A stretch of 64,000 bases of DNA. It comes from Octopus sinensis. Its lineage: Eukaryota. A model generated the notes under the pieces. The model ran no database searches. It was not told the origin of the DNA and worked only from the letters and a program-made list of their open reading frames with translations. Numbering within the stretch: the first letter of the stretch is position 1; each line of letters starts with the position of its first letter. The stretch is taken from assembly GCF_006345805.1 (NCBI RefSeq), contig NC_042999.1, positions 21,514,001 to 21,578,000 of the forward strand. Direction: 5' to 3'. Position numbers and translations under genes: made by a program. Of this stretch, positions 40,000 to 55,320 are shown piece after piece.

Positions 40000-40500
40000 A
40001 TCCAAATATACATATCACAGATTATATTAATTGGTAATATAAACATCGGTATTGCATTCAGGAGTATGAGAATAATAACCTCAATCGAACACAGAACTGA
40101 AATTGCAATTATTCTATCGATTCTTGAATAATAGATACAAATACAGTTTCAACAGAATCTGAAATCATAGCACAATGAAACAAAAACAGTTGCCATACAG
40201 CATTTGCCAAACACTCTATCGCTGTGTATATTCGCAATAATTTGTTCAGCTTTATAAAGTGGAACGGCATGCAAATATATACATAATCTATGTCGATAGA
40301 TGTCAAAATAAACCGCAGAGTGTTATAATAATTGCTATATATTGCTAGTTATTCAAAATTAGCTTGAGGATAAAATACAACCAAGAAAATAAATTGCCTG
40401 CATAAACAATATTTTGGATAAATATGTCATTAAATGCAATTTTTTTTTAAACAGGTTAATCAAATATTTTTTTGCTCATATCGAAATTTATTTGATAATT
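40000..40500 (-). repeat. Inverted homologue of 31203-31715
   Basis: Manual reverse-complement alignment. Confidence 0.85.
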
Positions 40501-41199
40501 GTGAGCCAACGAAGCAAGAAGCAAGAAGCAAAGAAAATTTTAGAAAAATGAAAATAAATAAGTAAATGAGTGGAAATCGAACCGGTGAGTGTGTTAAGCA
40601 ATAAGGTACTAAAAGAGAATGGCTCTCCCCAGAAACAATAAAATATGCTTCAACATACGAATTCACATAAAGAATTTTGCAAACCAAATACGAAAAGGAT
40701 TTAAAATATCATTTAAATAACAACGCAAATTCATGAGCAAATTTATTTGTGTCACTACGCTCGTATGGAGATTAAGGCGTCTATATTTTTTCGAAAACCT
40801 TAAATGAAATCGAAAGTATGAGCTCGAAGCAACCGTATTTTGCATGTATAACTCGCTAAAGATTTTTGAATCAAAGAACATAACTATAAGTGCTTTCTTC
40901 AAGCATTCATTTCATATTGCAAACGTTGTTCAAATTGTGAATATTTCAGGAGAAAGGCAAGCTCAGATGGCCAGAAACGAGTTGTAAAAATTGGATAAAT
41001 TTTGTTAATGATATATCAAAGGATACTCGATACATTTGCATTGATTCGTGTAATTTATTGCTTCTGGTGAATGAACGGTTATATGTACACATACTAAGAA
41101 TTAATTATATCTTAGATTCATTATACTGAGTTCTTGTAAAATGGAAAGCTTTTGCGGATTCATAGATTGTGGTGATCACTTGCACTGTGTTATATATAT

Positions 41200-41263
<64 letters not shown>

Positions 41264-41518
41264 ATATATATAATATATATATATATTAATACATCTATAT
41301 ATTATATATATATATATATATATTAATACATCTATATATTATATATACATATATATATATATATATGTATATATGCATATATATATATATACATAAACAT
41401 ATATATATATACATATATACATATATACATATTGAAGCATATATATATATATACACATACAAATACACATATGTATATATACATATACATGCATACATAT
41501 ATATACACACATACACAC

Positions 41519-41563
<45 letters not shown>

Positions 41564-41639
41564 TATATATATATATATGTATATATACAGACATATATAT
41601 GTGGGGTGGGTGTTACTCAGTTACTGTATAGGCTATGCT

Positions 41640-42209
<570 letters not shown>

Positions 42210-43799
42210 CTTATGATTGTATGTGTGTATGTATATATATTTATATAAGAATGTTTTGCGTAATAAGATAAAAAAAACAAAAGCTGTGTAGGTATCAGAG
42301 CATTTATAGATAGAATGTCTTACAGCTGTTTCTAGGATATTTATATATTCTATCCCTTCATCGGAGACGGTGTAAGAGGATGGTTATTTATGCATATATG
42401 TATGTATGTACGTACGTATGTATGTATGCATGTATGTATGTGTGTATGTATATATGCATGTATGTATGCGTGTATGTATGAATGAATGTATGTATGTATG
42501 TATGTTTGTGTGTCTGTATGTGTGTGTATGTGCATGTGTGATGATGATGATGTTGATGATGATGATGGTGATGATGATGATGATTATGATGATGATGATA
42601 ATGATGATAATTGAATGAACCAAATTATTCTTGTCCCCTCTGTGGCAGATAACAGAATCGGCTACCCTTAGGTTTCCTGTTGTCCAATACGCTGATTATT
42701 TTACTGAAATATTTTTTAAATGTTTGCTTTTGTTACTTTTTTCCCCCAGTTGAACCTATGCCTAGTTTGTTACAAGAGTTAATCACAATTGATTTATCGA
42801 TGAGAGGCGTCTTCTACTGTCAGCATTGTGAAGTCATTTTATCTGTTCATATAATCCACATGAAACGTACGAAAGCAATATATGATATATGTTTATATAT
42901 TTCTGTCTGATATGAAATTTATCGACACATATGCTAAATAACACATGGTATCTTTATATATAAAGTGTTTATAACAAATTTCAAGAAAACAAAGCTGTCG
43001 TTCAAATCGGTTTGTTATCAAGAGACTTGAAAATAACACGGAACATAACAAAAAAAAACAATAATAAACCAGCAAGCTCAATGATTTTGAATAGCGCTAC
43101 TATAACATACTTAAAGGAGATTGAAAACACGGAAGAAAAGATAAAGAAAGAATAGGCAAAACTAAGTTGATTAAGTCGGCTTCAATCTCCGAAAACATTG
43201 TTTTACATTTGCAATGTTGAGCTAATTCGTGAAGAGGTTGGGCGAGTACATAATATTGATTTTGTGAAAACGAAAATTGTATATGCAATGGCGAATATAG
43301 ATTGTACTCTTTCAAGGCCAATAGCGTTAAGCAAAGTCTCTTTATTTTCATTATCTTTCTTCATATTTTTTCTTTTTTACTTTTCTCGATTGAAACTATC
43401 CCAACTGCAGTCGTTGAAGGGTGGGGATTTCAACAATACTTTCGGTAGGGTAATTAAATTTGTGCCAAAGAAAGTTCTGTACAATACCTATGGTTAATAT
43501 CATCACCTTCAGTCAATTCCCTTGGTATGTTTGTGTTTCCAACGTTAATCTACTCATGGCTGAACCTTACGTCCAGTTCACTGCCACTGGACATGTGAGA
43601 GATTAGTTTTTACGCCTGCTGAGTTTAGACGGCGTTGAAAACTACTTAACTCGTAACCACATCCAACAAATATATTTGACCAACTGCATATAATATATGC
43701 GTATATATAAACATGTGCGTGCATAGATAGATACATATATGGATATATATAAATATTTGTGTGTATTTCTTTATGTTTCCTTATTAACCACACAGGGCT

Positions 43800-44235
<436 letters not shown>

Positions 44236-44443
44236 AGAGCAGCAACAAGAGTGCGTTCATTAGATATTTTGATATAAATGTAGATAGTTTGCTCACATTT
44301 GGTGGAAAAGATATATTTCTACGAGACGATATAATACCTTTGAACTGAAATATCTTCTTAGTTGCGCGCCTGTTTGCATACACGCATCATAAAATGATAA
44401 ATATGAACCTACACTCATTAATACCAGAATAAAATTGAAACTA

Positions 44444-45007
44444 TTCGGTTGTTCGGAAAGTTCATGCCGATTTATAGTAGCTTACCTTTGGAATTATTTT
44501 AGAACGTGATTGAGTCTATAAAATAGGATTTGGCTACATCTCCATTTAGGGCACAGCTTAAACTACCATTTCGTGGAAGAAGGTTTATGTACCTATAACC
44601 TGTGTTAATTCTGTAACCCTTTAAAATGGAAGATAAAAAGTTCATTTTCGGCACTTGATGCTTTGGGAACTCGACAAAAATTGCTGCAGTTCGGCTAGGA
44701 TGTGTTACCCCACCCTCCATATTCACCAGATACTGCTTCTTTGGATTTCCACTTATTCAGGGCTCTGCAGAATAATCTTAATGGTAAAAGTTTCAATTCC
44801 TTGGATGACGTAAAAAGATACCTTGATTAATTCTTTTCCGTGAAACCAACTCAATTCTGGGAAGAGGGTATTTTCAAGTTAAAGGAAAGATGGATACGCA
44901 TTGTGCAACAAAATACCTCATATTTTGTTGATTAAAAATGTAATGGCATGTATATATTGGCCTTTTTCTTTCCTTTAAAATCGGCACGAACTTTCCGGAT
45001 ACCTCAG
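44444..45007 (+). mobile_element. Internally deleted mariner (564 bp)
   Basis: TIR pair ...CGGAAAGTTCATGCCGATTT / AAATCGGCACGAACTTTCCG..., TA flanks; LPHPPYSPDTASLDFHLFRALQN...FWEEGIFKLKERW. Confidence 0.9.
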
Positions 45008-45190
45008 TATAAACAGAACAATGGATTCAAATTTTGGTAGACAGCTAGTAAATTCAGTGTGGGGAGGGGTAAGTCAACCTGGGTGCTCAACTGATACTTA
45101 TTTATTGGACCCTGAGATGAAAGGCGAAGTCAAACTTGACACAGCTCCATCTGCAAAATATATAATAACAAAACAATTATTGGATTTAGT

Positions 45191-45375
45191 CTACTCTTTT
45201 ACTCTTTTACTTGTTTTAGTCATTTGACTGTGGCCAAGCTGGAACACCACCTTTTAGTCGAGCAAAGCGAACCCAGGACTTATTCTTCGTAAGCCTAGTA
45301 CTTATTCTACCGGTCTCTTTCACCGAACTGCTAAGTTACGGGGACGTAAACACTCCAGCATCGGTTGTCAAGCGA
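45191..45375 (-). mobile_element. SINE family X, 3' half
   Basis: Homology to the other copies. Confidence 0.85.
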
Positions 45376-45579
45376 ATATGTATACACACATACATATATC
45401 TATATATGTATATACATACATACATTCATACATACATACATACATTCATACATACATACATTCATACATACATACATTCATACATACATACATACATACA
45501 AACATACATACATACATACATACATACATACATTCATTCATACATACATACATACATACTACATACATACATACATACA

Positions 45580-45615
<36 letters not shown>

Positions 45616-45793
45616 TACAAACATAGGGCAAATCCATTTCGTTAAATATACTGAGACAGAATACAATTAATCTTTTAAAAAATTCAGAATAATTACTATA
45701 GACTTAGAATTCCGTTAGTGAATCCTACGTACATTGATGCTCATACTACCAAAATATCACCATTTATTTTATTGCTTTTTTTTTATTTTTCAG

Positions 45794-46020
45794 GTACACG
45801 CTCTCCGGACACCAAGCTGGGGCGTGGCTGTTGACATTCTGCAGAAGAATATATTCGTGACGTCTCTCTCAGGCTTCAGCAATGCACATCGTGGCGATAG
45901 CTATTCACGCTCGTGATGACTGATTTGATGGTGTTCAAAGGAGGATGCGTCACCAACATGAGAAGGCTGTATTCTCTAACGGCAAGCGGAGTTATATGCC
46001 CTGCTAATTTGTGATGATCA
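45794..46020 (+). other. Candidate exon after a strong splice acceptor
   Basis: ttgctttttttttatttttcAG|G followed by a GC/CpG-rich block; longest frame VHALRTPSWGVAVDILQK...SRS* stops at 45916; 3' boundary unclear. Confidence 0.35.
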
Positions 46021-47151
46021 GCTAGACATAGAGTGATATATCTTAGTTATCATTATTCAAATGTTTAAAATTCATTACCAGTATGTAATTCAAATGGCAA
46101 AGAAAATCCAAATGAGAAACACATATACATAGGCTCTCCAAGTACCCCGCATGAATAATTAGAAATCAGCTCGAAGGCTTGAATAGAAGAATCGGAAATA
46201 CATTAGAGAGCTGAGACTTTTTCAATGAGGCTGCATTCCGGTTTAGTGAAGCACTAGCAAAGAGTGTCCTTACCGACAAGGTAGTGCATCTGCGTGTGTG
46301 TGTGTCTGTGTGTCTGTGTGTATTTGTCCCCGCTAATGTGCGCATATACATGCATACATACGCAAAAATACCTTGTCGATGTTGAAATTCCAATGAAGGA
46401 GCTTTGGCTCTAGGTTAGAAACCGGTTCTTTCTCTATTGGCAAGAAACCTTGATATAAAAGTGAACAATGACATACATATACTCACATATATACACACAC
46501 ATATATAGATACATATACATATACATATTGATACATATACACATAAATACATGTGCATTTATATATATACATCATAGAAATCAAAGTCAGAGAAATATCG
46601 TTGTAGTGGTCGGTCTAATTGGAGCAGCTTTCTGTTTATTTTAGTAGCTGTATGCATGATATAAGGTCACTCCCTTCCCAAAGGTTGCTCCGAATATGCA
46701 ACAGAATAAGTGGTAATTTTTTAAGGTGACTATAGCTTTTGTGACCGCTAGTCGATTACTGCGTCAACTATATATAAAATATATAAACTTTAAGAAATAT
46801 TTAGAACTAACTTTTGTTGACAGCGGCGATTTTGTAAAATATTTGAAAGCTTACAGTCACTGAGAAATTTGAAATATTTAAAATATATTTTGATCGAACA
46901 TTCCAGTTGAATAAATATCAATCTTACGATTTAAGATATTTATATATTTATATATAAAAGCGAATACTTTCTCTGTCTGTAAAGAAATTGGCATATATAG
47001 AGGAAGAATCATAGTCGCCACTGGTATTATTACATATTGAGAAGTTTCATAACTCCATTTGACTTGTAAAAATCAAATTTGTTGAATGCGAATATGTGTG
47101 ATTATAAAATATAGTCAATACAAAATACGACCTGGGCTACGAATTCAAAGT

Positions 47152-47202
<51 letters not shown>

Positions 47203-48797
47203 TGTCTGTCTGTATGTGTGGGCATACGTGTTTAGATGTGTGTTTATAAGCACATGCCCATAAGCGTGTCTTTCCTGTGTGAACTGAGTGATCACTAGAA
47301 CTGCTCGAAAAAGAAGAGAAATATTAATCAACTCATATACTAGAGTCTTGAACAATAAGGACACACTGTTTATGTAGCCCTAATACAAATAAAATTTGGG
47401 ATTCACCGTGAGGTGCATTTTATAATTGGCCTGCTAGATCAGATCTAACTTAAAATTTTAAAATGATTGAATGACTTACTGATTGCTCAATCTGCTAGTT
47501 ATATCAGGCAAATCTCTCTTAAAACAAGCACCGACACATCTTAAAGCTACTAGCCATAGCAGCAAAACCAACCTCAAACCAACACATGCTTACTAACGTA
47601 GAAACTGAATGTCATATTTGGAAATGTGATTCCCGATATATCAAGTGACATTGACTAACGTTGTACTTCGTGTGTAAGGAAATGTTATGATCAAGTTTGC
47701 AACGATATTCATCATAAATCTGAGTCTAGGCAGTAACCAATGATATAGTCTCTGAAGGTTGTTCAAACTGTAAGGACATATTAAACGACGTAGATCCTAA
47801 TATACATTAAAAGTCGATGTTCATGCTTTGAAAGCTTTCTGTCTGAAAACAAATTGAGCAGAGCTAATCCTGGACTCAAAGACAATCATAAGAGCATCAG
47901 TGCGGTAGATTGACCTGCTAAAACTAGTACTCAGAGCCCCAGCATATCACACACTTCCGCATTTGAAACGGCAGGATGACCTATAATTTGTAATTTCTGA
48001 TACTCAAAAAGTCAGAAGGTTTAGGTTTCGTTGATCTAGTTATGCTACTAATAACCAACCTATTTCCACTATATCATGCACTCTGCATTGGTTATGTATT
48101 CCTTCATGTGCACAAAAATGGGTGGAAGGCGCTCAAAAAATTGGGTAAACGTTTCTTTTTCTTTTTAAGTCGATGACAAACTACTGTAAAACGTGCACTA
48201 TCGTTTGTGAATAGGAAAGACACATTTAATCAACGCAATCTCTGCTTCATACAACGATAAAATGGTCTGGTTATGTTTGGATCTGCTTTGGTCGTGCCTG
48301 GAATGTCTTTTATCAAATTTTTAGTCCATGAGACTAAACACGAAAATAAAGAGAACCAAATCAGAAATCACCACGCGGTAAATCTGAGCTATTGGCTTGT
48401 CATCATATTAATAGAGACAGTAGCCAAAACGTCTCAAATCACTCGATTTATAGAAAGCTTTTGACAATATAGTCAATTTATAACACGGCCTAGGCCACGA
48501 ATTCACAGATTTTTCACTATGGGTCTGTTCGATATTATTTAAGGTGAAGCAAAAAGAACATCGAAGTGTTTGACTGACTGCATTCTATCGTCTACTAGGT
48601 GAAAAAGGAAGCATTTCATATGTACAAAGTTAGATGACGGGCTTTCATGGTAACTCTTGCGAAGCTAGAGATTATCTAAAAACATTAACACCCTAAAGTT
48701 TTTTCACAAAAACACAACGTATGTCAGTGCAATATACGCTACATTTAAGAGATACTTTGTGTATTTGCATATATATATATATATATATGTATCTATC

Positions 48798-48844
<47 letters not shown>

Positions 48845-48857
48845 GTGTGTATGTATG

Positions 48858-48899
<42 letters not shown>

Positions 48900-49321
48900 T
48901 TTTGTTTTATGTATTTCACTTATTCGAAACTGAAGATTCTTTTATCATAGTTCTATGTTTTACATTTTCATTATTCAATTGTTTGAATGACCAAAACCGT
49001 AAAACGTACGATTAAATAGCGCCAGATTCTATTAAAATGTAACCTCCGCATTTAATTTAATAAAGCTTATGCTTTATCTTGTATCAAACAAGTTGAAACG
49101 TTAGATATAGTTAATTTCATGGTTGCCCGAATAAAAGAAATTCTCGGCTGTAGCGGAGGCAAATTATTTTACAGTACACGATGAAAAAGCGGGAGCTCTC
49201 TGTCTTGCAAAATATGGTTAAATTGTCTACATACTGAATAAAATGATTTATATTAATGATTGGAAAATTGGAAATTAAATAGGTAATTTCATAATTAATT
49301 GCATATATAAATTTCTAAAAT

Positions 49322-49740
49322 GTTGGTTTCAGATTTTAAAAGGCCACCAGTTTAGGGGAGGGGTAAATCGATTAAATCGAACGCAGTTTTCAGCTGGTGC
49401 TTATGTTTTCGGCTCCGAAAAGATAAAAGGTGAGGTCGACCTCGGTGGAATTTGAACTCAGAACGTAAACGGCGCGATAACGGTTGCACCAGTTTGCCGC
49501 CTTAAGAAATATAAATATTCTTTTCTACTCTAGGCACAAGGCCCGAAATTTTGGGGGAGGAGGCCAGTCGATTGAATCGACCCCAGTACGCAACTGGTAC
49601 TTAATCTCTCGATCCCGAAAAGATGAAAGGCAAAATCGACCTCGGTGGAATTTGTACTCAGAACGTAAAGACAGACGAAATACCGGTAAGCATTTCGCCC
49701 GGTGTGCTAACGTTTCTTATTTCTGCCAGCTCGCCACCTT
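49322..49740 (-). mobile_element. Two adjacent SINEs (49322-49503 decayed; 49515-49740)
   Basis: Both carry GTCGACCTCGGTGGAATTTG.ACTCAGAACG; TTAAGAAATATAA.TATT flanks the second copy as a probable TSD. Confidence 0.85.
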
Positions 49741-50070
49741 AAGAAATATAATATTGATAATTAATATGCATATGGATATCTTACATATTGTAATAATTCA
49801 AATGGGTTCGTTGATGCAGGAAGCTTCCTAACGCACCGATCTTTCGGTGGATTATGCTGCCTGGGACATAAATAACGAAAATGTAACTATAACGTATCAA
49901 TATTTGAATGTGTAATTGAAGGTATGAATATCATCATTATTGCAGTTCAGCAGAAACGTCAGTGAAGCCTAACCAATTATACATGTCACAAATCAAAGTT
50001 GACTTCATTCAATGATCATTCAAAAGGATATAATATATATATATATATATATATTATATCCTTGTATGTA

Positions 50071-50154
<84 letters not shown>

Positions 50155-50155
50155 A

Positions 50156-50195
<40 letters not shown>

Positions 50196-50199
50196 TAGT

Positions 50200-50445
50200 T
50201 GCGTGGTTTAGTGGTTAGGGTGTTGAATTAATGATCGTAAGGTTTTGGTTTCGATTCCTGGACCTGGCGATGTATTGTGTTCTTGAGCAAAACACTTCAT
50301 CTCACGTTGCTCCAGTCCACTCAGCTGGCAAAAATGAGTAACGCTGCGATGGACTGGCGTCCCGTCCTGGTGGGGAATTTCTACGCCACTAAAACCGGAA
50401 AACCGGCCCTTATGAGCCTGACATGGCTCGCGAAGGAACATTTAT
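50200..50445 (+). mobile_element. tRNA-derived SINE related to family W
   Basis: TGGTTTAGTGG A box, TTCGATTCC B box, TGTGTTCTTGAGCAA body shared with 7851-8195. Confidence 0.85.
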
Positions 50446-50481
50446 TATATGTATATGTGTATGTGTGCATATATATGTGTG

Positions 50482-50514
<33 letters not shown>

Positions 50515-50604
50515 ATGTGTATGTAAGTACGTATATATGTGTATATATAAATCTATACATACATTATATATACATGCATACATGTTAGCAGGCATGTTAC
50601 CAAC

Positions 50605-51385
50605 GAAAAGCAATGCATGGGTACGTATTCCGTTATCTAGAGGGCAACAACAGCTATGACAGGAAAAATAGCCACTCTTCGACCAGTGATAGATATATTA
50701 CATCCCGCCCAGAATGATTATGCCTTCACCATCAAGAAGACATCCAGGAGATAGCTACTAAATACCTGACAATCAATATGGACACAGATACCACAAAACC
50801 TCCATGCTGTAATAAAAATGTCGGCTCTGCTATATCAGTACGGAAGATATCATCCACATTAGCAGCAACTGCTACGAGATACTGTCTGCTCCTGAGTCAA
50901 AGATTATTTACAATGCTATCCATAGGAAGTACTGCCCTGATGTATACATCAAACGTATGTCAGAACCAAACGGTATGTCAGAATCAGCAGGTATTCACAC
51001 GTTTAAAAACAAGAAATTCTGGAACAACCCGAATAAAAAACATAAATTCCGTGCAATGATATTGGTCTATGGGTCAGGGAACCAACGTCATGTACTGTTG
51101 TAAAGATCAGATGCCAGTAGACGTGAATGTAGAATAAAAAGTCCATGAAAAAGAGAACATTTAGGGTGAATTAATGCGGTATTTACTGCTTTTGTACCCG
51201 GTCTATGAATTCACATTTGTACCCATCATCATGGGTGTATTAGTTTATGTACCAACGAAATTTCACAAAAACCTAAAAACACTTGATTTCACGGAAGAAA
51301 ATCAGAAGAAACTGGCGCGGATTCTCCAAATTCAATCTAAAGAGGCACAATGAAAATTTGTAAGACGTTCAAGAATTTCTCCATG
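50605..51385 (+). mobile_element. Decayed RLE-type non-LTR retrotransposon 3' part
   Basis: MHGY, IQEIATKYL, CCHC knuckle CRLCYISTEDIIHISSNC (50819-50872), FVPIIMGVL, GTMKICKTF; multiple stops and frameshifts. Confidence 0.8.
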
Positions 51386-51631
51386 TGAGATACTTACGAG
51401 AAAAAATGCACATACTTGGTTGTGTGCATCAACAGGTCAACCAGCACACAAACTCAAACACAGATTCACAAACAACTGGGATCTCTCTTAACTCAAAATA
51501 TCTTGTTATGTTAGCGACCAGCTTGAACTTTTTCAAGAAGCACTTAAGTTAAAAGCAATGAAAAATCGTACATTCATACATATCTGAAGACAAACGTTCA
51601 TAGAAAGAAAGTCATTAGCTATATAGAATCA

Positions 51632-52012
51632 TTAGCAGTATCGCCCGGCGTTGTCGGGTTTGTTTCGACCCTTTAGAATTGGAATTTTTGAAAAGTAAAA
51701 ATTTTGCATTATGTAGCTTTAAGTGAACATTTTTCTGGTTGAAATACACCGAAAAATGGAAACACAGCAGTCAAAAAATCGTAAAAAATAGGGATTTTCA
51801 TAGAAAAAAAGAAGCACCTTTTTGATGTAAATAATTTTTGGTGTTAACATGGTCCGATTTTAATCTTTTTCCACGGAAGGGAGAGCAACCCTTCTTCTAT
51901 CATACTCTCAATTTTGGTCAACTTGCGCCGCAGGGTCTCGGAGGAGATAGTGTTAGTTGAAGGCTACCAAACCTTCCATACACAGACAACTTCAGCTTTA
52001 TATAGAGAGAGA
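51632..52012 (-). mobile_element. Non-autonomous Helitron, different internal subfamily
   Basis: Same terminal hairpin CCCGGCGTTGTCGGG and A|TC 5' end; CTAG mutated to CTAA; interior unrelated to the 8933 and 12025 copies. Confidence 0.7.
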
Positions 52013-52439
52013 TTGTTAGAGAAACGCACCGACATTAACAGTTTAGAAGGAGGTTTTTGGACTGTGTGTAAGCACTTTTTATTATGAGTATTACATTTGC
52101 ACATCTAGAATCTAGATGATGATCTAATAGGATATTTCTGAGAGAAAGATGTTTAATTTGTTGTTTATGAACTCTAGTGTATTAAATTAGCGTCTTAAAT
52201 TCCAAAGTCTGAATATGATACTGAAAATGAGACTTTTGTGGGGTTACAATTCATATTTGCATCAACCTTCAATTCTTTTGCTCTCTTGAATCCTTTGGTT
52301 AATCCATTTTCAATTATTTCAGAAGAAATAATGTTGGTTACATATAGCAGAATAAGTTACGAGAACTGAGGTAAGATGAACAAGAGCAACAAAGGCAATA
52401 CTGCTAAAGGTAGTGAATAAAGAGCTGGTGATCAAGTGC

Positions 52440-53000
52440 GGAATAGAAGAGAAGGACAAGAATGAATTTCAAAGAGAATACGGTGAGCAAATTGATGAGA
52501 AACGTTTGCATGGTCAGTTTTTGAAAGCCACTGAGGTTGTATGTGGAACACAATCCTAAGCTGGCAGAAACGTTAGCACGCCAGGCGAAATGCTTACTGC
52601 TTTTTCGTCTGCCGCTACGTTCTGAGTTCAAATTCCGCCTTTTTTTTCGGGGTCGATTAAATAAATACCAGTTATGCACTGGGTCGATGTATTCGACTTA
52701 GTCTCTTTGTCTGTCATTGTTTGTCCCCCCTATGTTTAGCCCCTTGTGGGCAATAAACAATTAAACACAATCCTAAGATTGTTAGAAAAAGAACAACTGA
52801 AAAAGAAATAGAGTGCCTTATAATATCAGCGCAAGATCAAGCGCTGCTAACAGGCGATGACAAAATATGTATATGGGAAGAATGTGTTGCCAAAATACTG
52901 AGTATGAAGAAATTGAGATGAAACAATGGCGCTCGTTATTGCAGAATGCCCTAAGTTGGCCCAGGGAGATTATAACAAAATGGAGGCGCCATGATACATC
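52440..53000 (+). mobile_element. Decayed R4/Dong-like RLE LINE fragment split by a SINE
   Basis: EKRLHGQFLK...[SINE]...KKEIECLIISAQDQALLT...AECPKLAQGDY. Confidence 0.75.
52561..52763 (+). mobile_element. SINE family Y with 14-bp TSD
   Basis: AACACAATCCTAAG at 52547-52560 and 52764-52777. Confidence 0.9.
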
Positions 53001-54902
53001 ATGACTACTGAAATTCGGAATAGAAATGAGTAATAAATATTTTAGGGCGAAATTCTAAATTGCCACAGCGGTTAAGAATTCAATTCACTGTACGAATATT
53101 TGAATCTTTTTAGAAATTATAATTCTTTGCAACAGTAAATATTCATTCTCTTGTATTCACTTTCCGCTTCGTATTCTAACACTTATGAATGATACAACAG
53201 ATGTATATTTCCAGTGATGAAGTCTATGGATCTACACTAATTCTGGTGATTGTTGACGTGCTTATCAAGTAAAGGCAAAAATAATATTAACATATATTTG
53301 GTTCTACGTTATATTTGTTTATTTTTAGGTCATTAAAGATGCTTTCATCCAGATATCTATGAGATACAAAACATTCATATTTGGTTGACCTTAACCTAAC
53401 CGGAACATCACATTAAAGAAATTATACTTAAATTACAGAACAAAGATTTTGGCCATAGGTCAAGAAAATACTGAAACCGTTCCTAAATAACAGTCCAGAT
53501 ATAACGTTTTAAGCAATTTAATATCTCGATATAGCAGTAAAATACATAACTGTCCGGTTGAAACAAAAACAGAAAATTTCTATCAACGGTATATATATAT
53601 ATATCAATCGACGCAATCAAGCAGCAAGATAACTGTAGATGAAAATCGTTTGTTATTACACCAAACCGACCTGACACACTCATAAAACACAATATAAACC
53701 GATTTATTCTCATAAATACCGACATAAAGGAAGAAGAGTAATACAGAGAGTGGAGAATTTAGTAAATACTGTGTGTATCGTTTCCAAACTTATAACAGCA
53801 CTTCGATGGAAAGAATTATTGAAAGAAAAATATTCACAATTTGTTAGGTTGTAATGAAATATTTAATACATTGACACTTCAATGAAGAAAGCTGCTTATT
53901 AATTAATTAAGAGTATGTAATATTTACTAATAGAAAATAGTTATTAAATCTATTAGATCTATAATGTCAAAAAAATTCTCAACAATCCTGAATTTAATTT
54001 GTTCGTTTTATCTTAATATGGTTTACATGAAGCTTTTACTATTTCAAATTTCAAGTAACTTAACCTAATTTTGATCCACTGAAAGATAGAGCTCTTGACA
54101 GTACGACTTTCTTTTGTCTTTTCTTTCTCACACATAAATTTAATTGCTCTACATTCTACAGTAAAAAACCTTCTTTCTGATGATAACTTTAAACTAGCTT
54201 CCGCGAAATCACGTTATTCCTTCATATTGATCGGGTGCTCTTGAAAGCTGAAGAAGAAAGTGGTTTTAATCCAATTACGTCAGTTCTACCGAATATAAAC
54301 TTATAATTTAACAGAAAACGATCCGAGATACGGGAAACATTTTTCTCAGATTTTCTTGCAGGTAATGTCCAGTAGTATCCAATAACTTGAAGTTTAAAAT
54401 CATAGTCGTTAATTGATAATGTTTTCGTGTCATAAAAAAAGACAAGAATAAATACGTAAATTCTTCAGAATTTGACAACATATTTCAATTAACTTACAGG
54501 TTTATAATTTACCTATATTTAATTCGAAAGAAGTATAGATCTATATGAAAACACACCAGTTGAAACATTTGCAATAAAGCTCCATAAGCAAATATCAAAA
54601 ACATCAAGTTTATAGTCTATATAAGTAGCTACTGACGGTCCAAACAAGAGGAGGAGGAAGAGAAGGAAGGAAACAACACCAACGATAAAAATAATAGGCG
54701 AAAAAAATCTGTACAGATAAATTTGACATGGGCGATGTTTTCTTGTCTTGGGATTGACCTATACTATCATTTATTTTTGCCGAACCGCTAGGTTACGGGG
54801 ATGTAAACAAACACCAGTTTTTGGTTGTCGAGCGATGTTGGGGGAAACAAACACAGACATGCAAACATATACACCCACATACACACACACGCATATATAT
54901 AT

Positions 54903-55320
54903 AATGATAAATCTCAGAGCGAGTTATAAACAGTAGCGGTAACACATCGTGATGCATATTTGCCATTTGAATATGGCTAACCCATAAGGGTGGATGCTAC
55001 TGTAGTTTGTAGCCCCAGGAAGATATTTCCTCCAGCTGGCTATAGACACACTATCTGTGTCCTCTCAGTATTTGTGAAGGGCAGTCATCCTCCCCGTCTT
55101 CAACATATGATACACACGTACCCGAGTTTCAAGGTGTTTACCTTTCATCAGCGTGTGACAATCATGGTTGTCGATGAGAAGTCAGATCCCTTCACAAATA
55201 CATATACTTTTTCCAGTGTCGATGTGACACTGATATTGAAAAAGTGAAATCAAACAATGATAAATCTCAGAGCGAGTTATAAACAGTAGCGGTAACACAT
55301 CGTGATGTATATTTGCCATT

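Noticed and set aside
54170-54230. CTGATGA...GAAA
   Set aside because: No stem II or stem I pairing around the motifs; chance match (likewise near 28536 and the minus-strand CTGACGA near 14477)
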